Shown: positions 1 to 11,541 of the stretch, in pieces
How the letters are laid out: each line of letters begins with the position of its first letter
How positions within the stretch are numbered: the first letter of the stretch is position 1
Assembly (NCBI RefSeq): GCF_006345805.1
Contig: NC_043006.1
Span: forward strand, 54,002,001-54,066,000
Direction of reading: 5' to 3'
DNA from: Octopus sinensis
Taxonomy: Eukaryota
Length of the DNA stretch: 64,000 bases
Program-made: the position numbers and the translations under genes
The notes under the pieces: generated by a model
What the model was told of the DNA's origin: nothing
The model's database searches: none
The model's input: only the letters and a program-made list of their open reading frames with translations

Positions 1-353
1 AAGTTGGCTCCAAGTCTCACTCAGAGACCTCAAGAGACAACAGGTTGGAAGTTCTGTGCCATATATTTGGGGGGGGGGTTTGGTGTTGTACTAGTGAATG
101 TCTAATACATAAAAATAAAATTTAAAAAAAAAATTAATAATAAATAAATAAATAAAAAATAAAACAAAATAAAATAAATAAATAAATAAATTTAAAAAAA
201 GTTTGTTTTAAACTTGGGATTACATAGAGAGTATTTTGCGTAGGATATGAGCAGTTTCCATGAGCACTATCTTTTGAATTTCTGCCATTTTTGGGGTTTC
301 CTGGTATCTGAGTTAGGTAGCAATTAGTCCCTTTCGCTATCATTCCCAGGGCA

Positions 354-354
<1 letters not shown>
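1..354 (-). mobile_element. 5'-truncated R4/Dong-like (RLE-type) LINE, 3' end, copy 1 (runs off the window edge)
   Basis: The minus strand reads ALGMIAKGTNCYLTQIPGNPK/MAEIQKIVLMETAHILRKILSM* with one frameshift. This resembles the C-terminus of R4/Dong ORFs. It abuts a (TTA)n tract, the known Dong-type target. Confidence 0.65.
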
Positions 355-384
<30 letters not shown>

Positions 385-464
385 TATTATTATATTATTA
401 TTATTATTATTGTTATTGTTATTGTTATGTTATTGTTATTATTATTATTATTATTATATTATTA

Positions 465-520
<56 letters not shown>

Positions 521-522
521 TA
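355..522. repeat. (TTA)n microsatellite
   Basis: Directly visible imperfect trinucleotide tract. Confidence 0.95.
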
Positions 523-907
523 TTTGTTTGACTTTTGCTTTATGTCTGTACAAGTTGGCTCCAAGTCTCACTCAGAGACCTCAAGAGACAACAGGTTGGA
601 AGTTCTGTGCCATATATTTGGGGGGGGGGTTTGGTGTTGTACTAGTGAATGTCTAATACATAAAAATAAAATTTTAAAAAAAAAATTAATAAATAAATAA
701 ATAAATAAAAAATAAAACAAAATAAAATAAATAAATAAATAAATTTAAAAAAAGTTTGTTTTAAACCTTGGGATTACATAGAGAGTATTTTGCGTAGGAT
801 ATGAGCAGTTTCCATGAGCACTATCTTTTGAATTTCTGCCATTTTTGGGGTTTCCTGGTATCTGAGTTAGGTAGCAATTAGTCCCTTTCGCTATCATTCC
901 CAGGGCA

Positions 908-908
<1 letters not shown>
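523..908 (-). mobile_element. 5'-truncated R4/Dong-like LINE, copy 2 with complete 3' UTR
   Basis: 552-908 is a near-identical copy of 1-354 with the same truncation point (CCCAGGGCAC). (TTA)n flanks it on both sides. Confidence 0.65.
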
Positions 909-965
<57 letters not shown>

Positions 966-966
<1 letters not shown>

Positions 967-1363
967 GGGCGGTGAGCTGGCAGGATCGTTAGCACGCTGG
1001 ACGAAATGCTTAGCGGTATTTCGCCGGTCACTACTTTCTGAGTTCCAATTCCGTCGAGGTCGACTTTACCTTTCATCCTTTCGGGGTCGATGTAATCGAC
1101 TATTCCCCTCCTACTAAATTTCAGGCCTAAATAAGTACCAGTTACGCGCTGGGGTCGATATAATCGACTTAATCCGTTTTTCTGTCCTTGTTTGTCCCTT
1201 CCGTGTTTAGCACCTTGTGGGTAGTAAAGAAATAGGTATTTCGCCGGTCACTACTTTCCGAGTGCCAATTCCGCCGAGGTCGACATTGCCTTTCATCCTT
1301 ACGATCTAATCGACTGTCCCCACCCCACAAATTTCAAGCCTTTTACCTATAGTAGAAAGGATC
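966..1363 (+). mobile_element. tRNA-derived SINE family B (OR-like), long form with LINE-derived internal tail
   Basis: Head GGCGGTGAGCTGGCAG, body TTCTGAGTTC.AATTCCGCCGAGGTCGAC, and junction GTAAAGAAATA|GGTATTTCG at about 1234. Confidence 0.85.
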
Positions 1364-1377
1364 ATTATTATTATTGA

Positions 1378-1657
1378 AAGCGCGTGGCCTAGTGGTTAGG
1401 GTATTCGGCTTGTGATTGCAAAGGTCGTGAGTTCAATTCCCGGCGATGTGTTGTGTCCTTGAGCAAGACAGTTTATTTCACGTTACTCCAGTCCATTCGG
1501 CTGGCAAAAACGAGTAGTAACTGTGTTTCAAACGGCCAGCCTTATCACACACTGTTTCACACTGAAAATCTCTGAGAACTACGTTATGGGTACACGTGTC
1601 TGTGGAGTGCACGTTAATTACAGGAGCAGGCTGTTCCGTTGATCGGATCAACTGGAA
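1378..1657 (+). mobile_element. tRNA-derived SINE family C
   Basis: A-box-like TGGCCTAGTGGTTAGG, B-box GAGTTCAATTCCC, then CORE-like TGTGTCCTTGAGCAAGACA. Confidence 0.75.
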
Positions 1658-1658
1658 A

Positions 1659-2302
1659 AAGGCGGTGAGCAAGCAAAATCACTGGACGAAATGTTTAGCG
1701 GAATTTCACCCGCGTTTACGATCTAAGTTCAAATTCTGCTGAGGTCGACATTGCTTTGCATCCTTTAGGCGTCGATAAATTAAGTGCCAGTGAAACAGTG
1801 GGGTCAATGTGATTGACTTACCCCCTCCCCGCAAATTTCAGGCCTTGTGCCTATACTACAAACTAGTATTGCCAACATTATTATTGTTGTTGTTCATGCC
1901 GGGCGAAATCCTTAGCGGTATTTCGTCAGCTGTTACATTCTCAGTTCAAATTCCGCCGAGGTCGACTTTCCCTTTCATCGTTTAGAGGTCGATAAATTAA
2001 GTACCAATTGACTACTGGGGTCAATATAGTCAACTTATCTCCTCTCCCAATATGGCTGCCCTTGTGACAAAATTTTGTTGTTGTTGCTGTTGTAAGGTGG
2101 CGAGCTGGCAGAATCGTTAACTCGCCAGGCGAAATGCTGAGCGGTTTTTCGCCTATCGCTACGTTCAAATTCCGCCGAGGTCGACTTTACCTTTGCTCCT
2201 TTCGAGGTCGATAGATTAAGTACCAGTTGAATACTGGGTTCGATGTGATTGACTATCCCCATCCCAATAAATTTCAGGCCTTGTGCCTATAGTAGAAAGG
2301 AC
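1659..2302 (+). mobile_element. Three tandem SINE family B copies (1659-1862, 1895-2075, 2094-2302)
   Basis: Repeated body GTTCAAATTC.GC.GAGGTCGAC...GATAAATTAAGT.CCA, separated by TTA/TTG tracts. Confidence 0.85.
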
Positions 2303-2348
2303 TACTGTTTTTGTTGTTGTCTCCTCCTCCTCCTCCTCCTCCAACCCG

Positions 2349-2469
2349 CCGGAGCCTCGTGGGGCTTAGGTGTTTTTGCTTAATAAACACTCACAATGCC
2401 TGGTCTGGGAATCGAAGCCGCGTTCTTACGACCGCGAGTCCGCTGCTCTAACCACTGGGCCATTGCGCC
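2349..2469 (-). mobile_element. SINE family C-like head
   Basis: The reverse complement begins GGCGCAATGGCCCAGTGGTTAGAGCAGCGGACTCGCGG...TTCGATTCCC. A related head lies at about 55040-55110. Confidence 0.7.
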
Positions 2470-2477
2470 CCCACTTG

Positions 2478-2644
2478 TTGGAAGAATCGTTAGCGTGCCG
2501 GGTGAAATGCTTAGCGGTATTTCGCCCAGCTTTACGTTCTGAGTTCTAATTCCGCCGGGGTAGACTTTGCCTTTCAAACTTCCAGAGTTGTTAAGTTAAG
2601 TAACAATGAAACACTGCAGTCCCCTCCCCTCAAAAATTTCAGGA
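2478..2644 (+). mobile_element. SINE family B copy
   Basis: Matches the B body GAAATGCTTAGCGGTATTTCG...TTCTGAGTTC. Confidence 0.8.
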
Positions 2645-2676
2645 ATTGTAACAGTACTGATATTAGAGTTCTAGAT

Positions 2677-2712
2677 ACTTTGTGTGTGTGCGTGCGTGTG
2701 TGTGTGCGTGTA

Positions 2713-2743
<31 letters not shown>

Positions 2744-2931
2744 TGTGTGTGGTGTGTGTGTGTGTGTGTGCGTGTGCGTGAGTGTGTGTATGTGTGTGCG
2801 CGCGCGCTTGAACGTGTGTAGGCGTGTGTTAAAGATGCGAACACTTTTTGTAATAAAGAATACTTTAGTGCAAATATTATAAACAGCGCAGTCAATCGAA
2901 TACAAATACATATATACATATATATACATAT

Positions 2932-3012
<81 letters not shown>

Positions 3013-3017
3013 GTATA

Positions 3018-3053
<36 letters not shown>

Positions 3054-3102
3054 TGTATGTATGTATGTATGTATGTATGTATGTATGTATGTATGTATGT
3101 AT
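2677..3102. repeat. Compound (TG)n, (TA)n and (TATG)n microsatellites
   Basis: Directly visible. Confidence 0.9.
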
Positions 3103-3300
3103 CGAATACTAGGTTATTTTCTTTTAATATCAATAAATACAACGTTGTATGGCGACTGACGTGGTTGTACCCTGCGTTACTATAACGAAATACCGAGTAT
3201 GAATGAACGGGCGTGAATATAAAAGCTTTGTGAATAAAACGGATGTGTATGAATGTATATGTTGGCGTGAATAAATATATATGTACATATGTATATATCT

Positions 3301-3490
3301 TTTACCTTTTACTTGTTTCAGTTATTTGACTGCCGCCATGCTTACAGCATGGCCTTCAAGGATTTTTAGATGACGGTATTGATACCAGTACTTATTTTGC
3401 AAAGCCTGATAATTATTCCTTTCGTCTCTTTTGACGAGCCGCTAGGCTACTAGTACGTAAACACATCAGTATTCGTTGTCAAGCGGTAGA
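3301..3490 (-). mobile_element. SINE family A (OK-like), 3' half, degraded
   Basis: TTTTACTTGTTTCAGTTATTTGACTGC.GCCATGCT...GTTGTCAAGCG matches the other family A tails. Confidence 0.7.
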
Positions 3491-3513
3491 GGAAAGGGAA
3501 TCACCGACACAAA

Positions 3514-3559
<46 letters not shown>

Positions 3560-3624
3560 TGTATATGTATAGATAATATACATAACTATACATAATTATA
3601 AGTATGCATATATATATGTATCTA

Positions 3625-4468
3625 TCAGGCTGAGTAAAAAGTAAGCATCGTTTTGAAACATACAATTCATCACAATATATTTCAACAATTGCGGAAATTT
3701 CATTCATCAAAGTAAGTACCATTGCAACCAACACATTTTTGCCAAAGAGGTCAGGTTTAGGGAAGGTTTCCGGTGCTTCCTTTTGGTCCAACCATTGCGA
3801 AGGACGTTTTTTATTATTGTACAGAATCCACTTTTCATCGCAAGTTATAACACGGTCGAGAAATGGATCGGTCTGGTTATGGAGAAGAAGCGATGAGCAA
3901 ATTTCATATCTGCGCATTTTTCTGATTTTCATTCAAACCGTGTAGTACACATTTGTCGAGCTGTTTTGATTTTCCAACCGCATGCAAATGGTTGCAGGCA
4001 GTTTTCTGGGTAAGTTGAAGTTCTTTTGCCAGTTCTCGAGTGGTTTTACGTGGATCTTTCTCAATGACGGTCTTTAATTGACCATCATCGATGACATGTA
4101 TGTCTACTATGCTTACGATCTTCAAGGCTCAGGTCTCCACAGCGAAATCGTTTAAACCATTTTTCGGGCTGACCACTCCCTGGTCATTCCCTCACCAAAC
4201 GTTTCATTGATATCACGATCAGTTTCAAATGCTTTCCGTCCTTTTTTGAAGTTGAAAAGCAAAATTGCACGAATATTGCGCTTTGACGGTTTCATTTCAG
4301 ATGATTGTCACAACGGTGAATAAAATATCAATGTAATTTTATTGATGAATTTGGGCAAGTCTGTATCTGTATTATGAGGCAATTACAAAAAATGTTTGAA
4401 TAACTTTCAAAACCGTACAAAAACCCGGTACAAATTCCTCATAGTTGCTTACTTGTTACTCAGCCTGA
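3625..4468 (-). mobile_element. Mariner (DD34D) element, internally deleted copy
   Basis: TIRs TCAGGCTGAGTAAAAAGTAAGC / GCTTACTTGTTACTCAGCCTGA with TA on both sides. Transposase remnants DRVITCDEKWILYNN and KDPRKTTRELAKEL. Same family as 20614-21904. Confidence 0.92.
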
Positions 4469-4502
4469 TATTTATCTACCTATCTATATATATATACATA
4501 AC

Positions 4503-4637
4503 TGTTAAAGAGGACAACAAACGTTAAGGCAAGACAAACATCTCTAGTTATATACGTTATTATTACTGGGAAAATAATAATAAAGTATATGACTTGTGTT
4601 ATTTGCCTTGCCTTAATGTTTGTTGTTCTCTTTAACA
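4503..4637. repeat. Short foldback (36-bp arms, 4503-4538 and 4602-4637)
   Basis: TGTTAAAGAGGACAACAAACGTTAAGGCAAGACAAA versus the reverse complement of the right arm: 33/36 identical. Confidence 0.8.
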
Positions 4638-4729
4638 ATTATATATCCACTATATCGAAAATCTGCAATGGCTCCATAACTACCGTCTCGGCTAACCTCG
4701 GAGCCCTGGTAATCCGTTACAGCACTCAC

Positions 4730-4755
4730 CCAGCGTACCTAGTCGTTTAGGTAAC
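4730..4755 (-). CDS. Candidate 26-nt exon ((W)LPKRLGTL); alternatively reads through to a stop at 4692
   Basis: Acceptor TTCACAG|G and donor TGG|GTGAGT. Phase-compatible with 5405-5514. No homology recognised. Confidence 0.25.
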
Positions 4756-4779
4756 CTGTGAATTAACTCCCATACTTTG

Positions 4780-4875
<96 letters not shown>

Positions 4876-5404
4876 TTGTGTGTGTGTCTATATATATATA
4901 TACGTATGTATATATATGTATGTACATCTAGATCTATCTATATGTGTGTGTAGATAGATAGAAAGATAGATAGAGTGATTGATTGATTGATTGATTGATT
5001 GATAGACAGATATAATCGTCGTTTTACTGTTCAATTATCCTTGTTTGCAGGGGTTCAACTGAGAGTACTGACACATATTTACTAAAGTTAGACACCTCCT
5101 TTCGCCAAACAGCCCTCACTTATTTCTAGGCAAGGTAATATTTTCCGATGATGACGCCGCTTGTATGACAGTGACACTCATTTGCAATGTTAAGAAGACA
5201 CAAACATACTCGTGCGTGCGCATACGTACGTACGTACATACATACATACATACATACATACATACATACATACATACATACATACATACATACATACATA
5301 CATACGTGTGTACGAAATGTACTTTAGACAAAGAAGATTTCCTGATCTCTTTTTTTAGCTTGAGAAAGTTAATTGAACCAGGTTCCTACGAACCCCCATC
5401 TCAC

Positions 5405-5514
5405 CAGTTTTTAACTAGAACCTTGTAATGTCTTGCCCATCGAGGGAAGTGTAGAGAGTCGTTGTACACAGAAAGGTTACGAAACTCCTCAGGCCGGAAG
5501 TCTGGTTCGAATAC
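5405..5514 (-). CDS. Candidate internal exon VFEPDFRPEEFRNLSVYNDSLHFPRWARHYKVLVKN(W)
   Basis: Non-repetitive island with acceptor TTGCAG|G and donor CTG|GTGAGA. 110 nt with an open frame. Product unknown. Confidence 0.35.
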
Positions 5515-6025
5515 CTGCAATACAGCGAATTCTACTGAGTGCACCCGAGGACCATGTGGTATTGTCAAACAGAATAGAGCAGTACGCCTTGCACCCAAAA
5601 ATACGACTACCAACCGTAACACGATGCAGCGATGACCTTAACAAACCTTTTCACTTAACAATCAACACACAAAGCGTCCATTGCTGACTGCAGTATTTAC
5701 TACATATTTACTACACAAACTGAATATTTCTAACAAAAGGAAATTTTATTTGAAATATACAAAAAAAACTTTTCAGTACGCTTGAAAACCTTCTGCATCG
5801 ACGTGATAACAATATATAGTTGAAAGGTAGTGTAAAAGGCTTTTTAGAAGATGGCAGTATTAGTGTTCACCAGGGCCTTTGCATCTGTTGAAAGGAAAAA
5901 AAGAAAAGAAAAGAAAATGTTTCATTTTACACTTATTTCTAAGTTACATCGCTTTCGTAACTCTGTGTGTGTGTGTTACTTTAATGTCATAGTCACAGCT
6001 TACAGGCTGAAACAAGATAAATATC

Positions 6026-6099
<74 letters not shown>

Positions 6100-6101
<2 letters not shown>

Positions 6102-6270
6102 CTCTTTTACTCTCTTACTTGTTTCAGTCATTTGATGCGGCCATGCTGGAATTGGAAGTACTGCCTAGTACTTATTCTATCGGTCTCTTTTGCCGAACCG
6201 CTAAGTTACAGGGACGTAAACGCACCACCATCGGTTGTCAAGCGATGTTGGGGGGACAAACACAGACACA
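6100..6270 (-). mobile_element. SINE family A, 3' half
   Basis: ACTCTTTTACTCTCTTACTTGTTTCAGTCATTTGA...GCCGAACCGCTAAGTTAC...TTGTCAAGCGATG. Confidence 0.85.
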
Positions 6271-6340
6271 CAAATACACATAGACATACACACACATACA
6301 TACATACATACATACATACATACATACATACATACATACA

Positions 6341-6376
<36 letters not shown>

Positions 6377-6520
6377 TATATATATGTTCGTGAGCTAACC
6401 CACGCAGATGCATGTATGAATAAATGCCCATCAGCTACTGTCATTCAGTTTGTGTATATATACGTGTGGGCACAATAAACGTATTTAAAGTTATCGCTTT
6501 TGTTCCGTCTATTTCTTTAC

Positions 6521-6550
6521 CGGGTTCCTACCAAACCAGAACACAACCTT
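6521..6550 (-). CDS. Candidate 30-nt exon KVVFWFGRNP
   Basis: Acceptor CCGTTCAG| and donor CCG|GTAAAG. Phase 0/0, compatible with 5405-5514. Confidence 0.22.
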
Positions 6551-6710
6551 CTGAACGGAGTCACATTAGACGGAATACCACCGATCCATCCAAATATGTA
6601 TGTATGTACACTTTTAAACATACACACATATTAAAGCTGCAAAATTATCACAAAAACTCAGCTTTTCACGTTCCCGTTCGTCAGACAGTTCTAATGAAAA
6701 TATATATATA

Positions 6711-6781
<71 letters not shown>

Positions 6782-6809
6782 TGACGGACAGACAGACAGA
6801 CAAACAGAC

Positions 6810-6868
<59 letters not shown>

Positions 6869-6937
6869 TGTTTACGTATATACATGGATACAGATGTAAA
6901 ATCCGTTGTGTGGAGAGAGAGAGAGAGAGAGAGAGTG

Positions 6938-6968
<31 letters not shown>

Positions 6969-7310
6969 TGTGTGAGTGTGTGTGAGTTTGTAGAAATGTA
7001 TGTATGCATCACGCTTTTCTGTATGTAGAACGCCAACTCATACATAAACGTACAAACGTATACACAACCACCTAAAAAAAAAAAACATCCCAGCCAATGA
7101 ATCGTAGTAAATTCAAATAAATTAAAATTTAGTGAATGAACGAATAGCTGTGCTGTTTGGTTATAAATGAGTCACAGTTACAAGATTAAGAAAGTTGATT
7201 CACTCCCCGCGTTTTGCGTATTTAAAAAAGGCTTTACCTCTAAAATAGGAGCAGTAACTGGGACGGGCAGTTGACACAGTGTTGAAAAGGTAGATAGATA
7301 GATAGATATG

Positions 7311-7515
7311 TTTCTTTATTAGCCACACAGGGCTGCACACAGACAGGACAAACTTACAAGGTAGAGCTTTTCTTTTGGGGGTAAAAGAAGGGTGTTTGGT
7401 TTTCGATCAAAAGGGATCGTAAATGGAAAGAAAGAGAACAAAAAAGGGGGGGGGATAAAATAAAATTTAAAAAAGGGGGGGGATTGGATCAATAGGGATC
7501 GTTATCACAGAAATG
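7311..7515 (-). mobile_element. L1-Tx1-like LINE, 3' UTR end
   Basis: Matches the 3' end of the 55203-55625 fragment (GCCCTGTGTGGCTAATAAAGAAA in sense). Confidence 0.6.
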
Positions 7516-7838
<323 letters not shown>

Positions 7839-8585
7839 GTTTACTAAACGAGTACCGTGAATAGATACAAGCATACAAAGATAGATAGATTTGATTGGTG
7901 TATCGGGGACATATGTGTGGGATGGCAAACAGCGTTATATAATTCTCTCGTTACTTTTGTTCTGTAATCTTTATGACTCAAATACTTTGGGAGAGTAGAT
8001 TTGTTACACTTTCTCATCTTTCCACTTCATTAACCATCCAATTGAATAACTTTTTATATTCTTAACGAAATAAAATGAACCCAAAACACGAGATCAGACT
8101 TTCTTTTCTGCGTTACTCGGGGTTTTATGGCCGTTCTTGTTGATTTTTATCCTGTTGTTGTTATTGTTGTTGTCGTTGTTGTCAACGTCTTTATTGTAGG
8201 CTTTTATATTATTGTTGTTCTTGTCTTATTTTTTGTTTTGTTTTTTTTACTGTGTATTTCTGCCTTTTTCTTTTATATGTTTATCTCACCCATTCCACTT
8301 CTTTTCTTTTTTCAAGATGAGTTAAGGGCGAGAAGGTGACGAATTGACAAGGCGGTTATAGAGCGTTAGATAGAATGCCTCTACGTTCTGAGTTCAAATA
8401 CCGCTGAGGTCAATGACATAGCTAGAGTTGAGAGCCTTTGAGTTTGCCGCCTAATCAAGGTCCTATATTGTTTTATACACCAGACCCAGAAGTACCGTCT
8501 CCGTAAAAGCATCAGCTGGGGCAGACCACTGTCGTCCCTGTCCAGTCCAACTACGCTACTGACCGACGTCAACCTTTTTTTTCTC

Positions 8586-10112
8586 TTTCTGCTATAGGCA
8601 CAAGTCCTGAAATTTAAGGGGAGAGGTCTAGTTGATAATATCGACCCCAGAGTTCAACCGGTATGTATTACATCAACCTTGCAAGGATAAAAAGGCAATT
8701 TTGGTCTTGGTGGAATTTGAACTTAGAACGCAAATCTAGAAGAAATGCCGCTAAGCATTTTGCCAACCGTGCTAACGATTTTGCCAGCTTGCCGGGGGAT
8801 TGGCGGAATTGTTAAAGGGTCGGGCAAGAAGCATTGGAGTATCTAATCCAGCTCTTTGCATGCTGACAATGTTTGCGATGACACCGTTGTCAAGGTGTAT
8901 TAGACTTAAGATGGACTTTCATCTGGATAACATCGGTGACGTTGAGAAGGAAACTATTTCGCAGCAAAAACTTGTAAGCAGAGGCAACTGCCAGTCTCCT
9001 TAACAACAACAACAACAACAATAATAATAATAATCCTTTCTACTATATGCACAAGGTCGGAAATTTTGGAGGACGGAGCTTCTCAATTACATCGACCTTA
9101 GTGTTTTACTGATACTTAATTTATCGACCCAAAAAGATAAATGACAAAGTCGACCTCGGCGGAATTTCAACTCAGAACGTAGCGACAGACGAAGTACCTA
9201 ATCTCTTTAGTACCCACAAGGGGCTAAACACAGAGAGGACAAACAAGTACAGACAAACGGATTAAGTCGCTTATATCGACCGCAGTGCGTAACTGGTACT
9301 TATTTAATCGATCCGAAAGGATGAAAGGCAAAGTCGACCTCGGAGAATTTGAACTCAGAACGTAGCGGCAGACGAAATACCTATTTCTTTATTACCCACA
9401 AGAGGCTAAACATAGAGGGGACAAACAAAGACAGACATAGGTATTAAGTCGATTACATCGACCCCAGTGCGTAACTGGTACTTAATTTATCGACCCCGAA
9501 AGGATGAAAGGCTAAGTCGACCTCGGCGGAATTTGAACTCAAAACGTAACAACAGACGAAATACCGCTAAGCATTTCGCCCGGCGTGCTTAACGATTCTG
9601 CCAGCTCGCAATAATAATAATAATAATAATAACAACAACAACAATCCTTTCTACTGGAAGCACAAGGCCTCAAATTTGGGGGAATGGATTAAGTCGATTA
9701 CATCAATTCCAGTGTGTAACTGCTACCAATTTTATTGACCCCGAAATGATGAAAGGCAAAGTCGACCTCGGCGGAATTTGAACTCTGAACGTAACGGGAG
9801 ACCAAATATCGCTTGCATTTTGCTCGGCGTGCTAATGATTCTGCCAGCTCGTCGCAATAATAATAATAATGATGATGATGATGAAGATGATGATGATGAT
9901 CCTTTCTATTGAAGGCACAAGGTCTGAAGTTTGGAGAGAGAGGGATAACCGATTACAAAGACCGCAGTACTTGACTGGTAGTTTTTTCATCGAGTCCGAA
10001 AGGACGAAAGGTAAGGTCGACCTCAACGGAATTTTACCTCAGAACATGAAGACAGACGAAATAACGCTAAGCATTTCGTCCGACGTGTAAACGATTCTGC
10101 CAGCTAGCTGCC

Positions 10113-10114
<2 letters not shown>
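8586..10114 (-). mobile_element. Array of four SINE family B copies (8586-8793, 9033-9609, 9644-9855, 9899-10114); 9033-9609 is a multimer
   Basis: Reverse-complement B bodies AAAGTCGACCTCGGCGGAATTTGAACTCAGAACGT, separated by AAT/AAC/GAT tracts. There is a period of about 184 bp inside 9033-9609. Confidence 0.88.
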
Positions 10115-10166
<52 letters not shown>

Positions 10167-11327
10167 TGTGGTGGTGGTGGTGGTGGTGGTGGTGGTGGTG
10201 ATGATGATGATGATGCCCGCACGTACGGGCATGGCTGTGTGGTTAAGAAGCTCGCTTTGCATTCACATTGTCTAAAGCGCAGCAGTTTGGACAAGTGTCT
10301 ACTACTAAATAGCCCAAGTCGACTAATACATTGCGAGTGGATATAGATCTCTCATATTGGCAAAAGGACACAACAGGAATAGAAAAAAAGCTGTACATAG
10401 GGTATGATATCTGATTGGAACTTAATAAAGATCCAGAGAGAGAGATAAAAGGGAACGAGAAACTCTGGTAGGGTTTTCAACATTAAAAAAAATATCATAA
10501 AGCGACATAAATAATTGGTGTAAGACATTTACTTTGGGAACATTACTCTTTTGAAAGGTTTAGTCAGGAAGAAAGAACAGTACTTTCACAGGAACGTCAA
10601 TACTATTGGCATCGTCACGTTTGTTTCTCAGCTTATCAATCAATGAGATTCATGGGGGGAGGAGAAATTCAGAATGTTGATAGTGTAGATGAGGGTTTGT
10701 TAACCATTTTTTTATTATCTTTGGACTCCTTTGATTAATATTTTATTCTGGTAGACCTCCCCTCCCCAAATAGCCACTCGATGTTTAAAATTAGTTTTAT
10801 AGAAACTTCTTTGAAATTCCCACTTAGTTTTTTTTTTTACACATTAACATGTGTAGTTTGAACTGTATAAAGAAACCTAGCTGTTTCTTGAAGTACATAC
10901 CAATACATACATCTAAAGCATAATTTTTCAGAGGCCCTTAAAATACTATTGTGACTCCCCAATTTACTATTTTGCTGTGTGAACCTCCAAAGCCTTAAAT
11001 AGACCCCGCTTGTGAACCACTGTTCTAGACATCGACGATCAGGCTGTCCCTGTACTGTGTGCCTAGAGACATCCATTCTGGTCAAATACAGAGAAATGGT
11101 AAGCAGTGCTGTCTTAAGTGTACACTAGAGAGTTGCCCATATTTCCCAACAAGTTCAGGGGCCAAATTCTGATCCATGTATGTTAGTTATATCATGCTGT
11201 CAATAAGTAAATACTAACAACCCAAATGCATTGATTTTCTCAGAGGACTATAATGCTGTTAAAACGGCCATGATGATGTGCATTGTTTTACAGATTATAC
11301 CAATTTCTCCAGTTCATAGAGAAAATA

Positions 11328-11541
11328 ACGGCGATGAGCTGGCAGAATCGTTAGTACGCCGGGTAAAACGCTTAGCGGCATTTCGTCCGTCTTTGCGTTC
11401 TGAATTCAAATTCCGCCGAGGTCGGTTTTACTTTTCATCATTTCGAAGTTGATAAAATAAGTATCAGTTGAACACTGGGGTTGATGTAATAGACTTAGCC
11501 CCTCCCTAATACTTACTGGCCTTGAGCCAAAATTTGAAATC
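11328..11541 (+). mobile_element. SINE family B copy
   Basis: GATGAGCTGGCAGAATCGTTAG head and B body. Confidence 0.85.

Noticed and set aside
1378-1445. tRNA-like sequences (also 2400-2469, 24533-24600 and all SINE heads)
   Set aside because: They have A/B boxes but no complete cloverleaf, and they continue into SINE bodies.
9140-9600. CRISPR-like or satellite array
   Set aside because: Eukaryotic context. The units are contiguous SINE bodies with no unique spacers.
11028-11097. 70-nt exon candidate (TTCTAG|...ATG|GTAAGC)
   Set aside because: The acceptor overlaps a hAT-like terminus (GAACCACTGTTCTAG), and neither open frame is informative.
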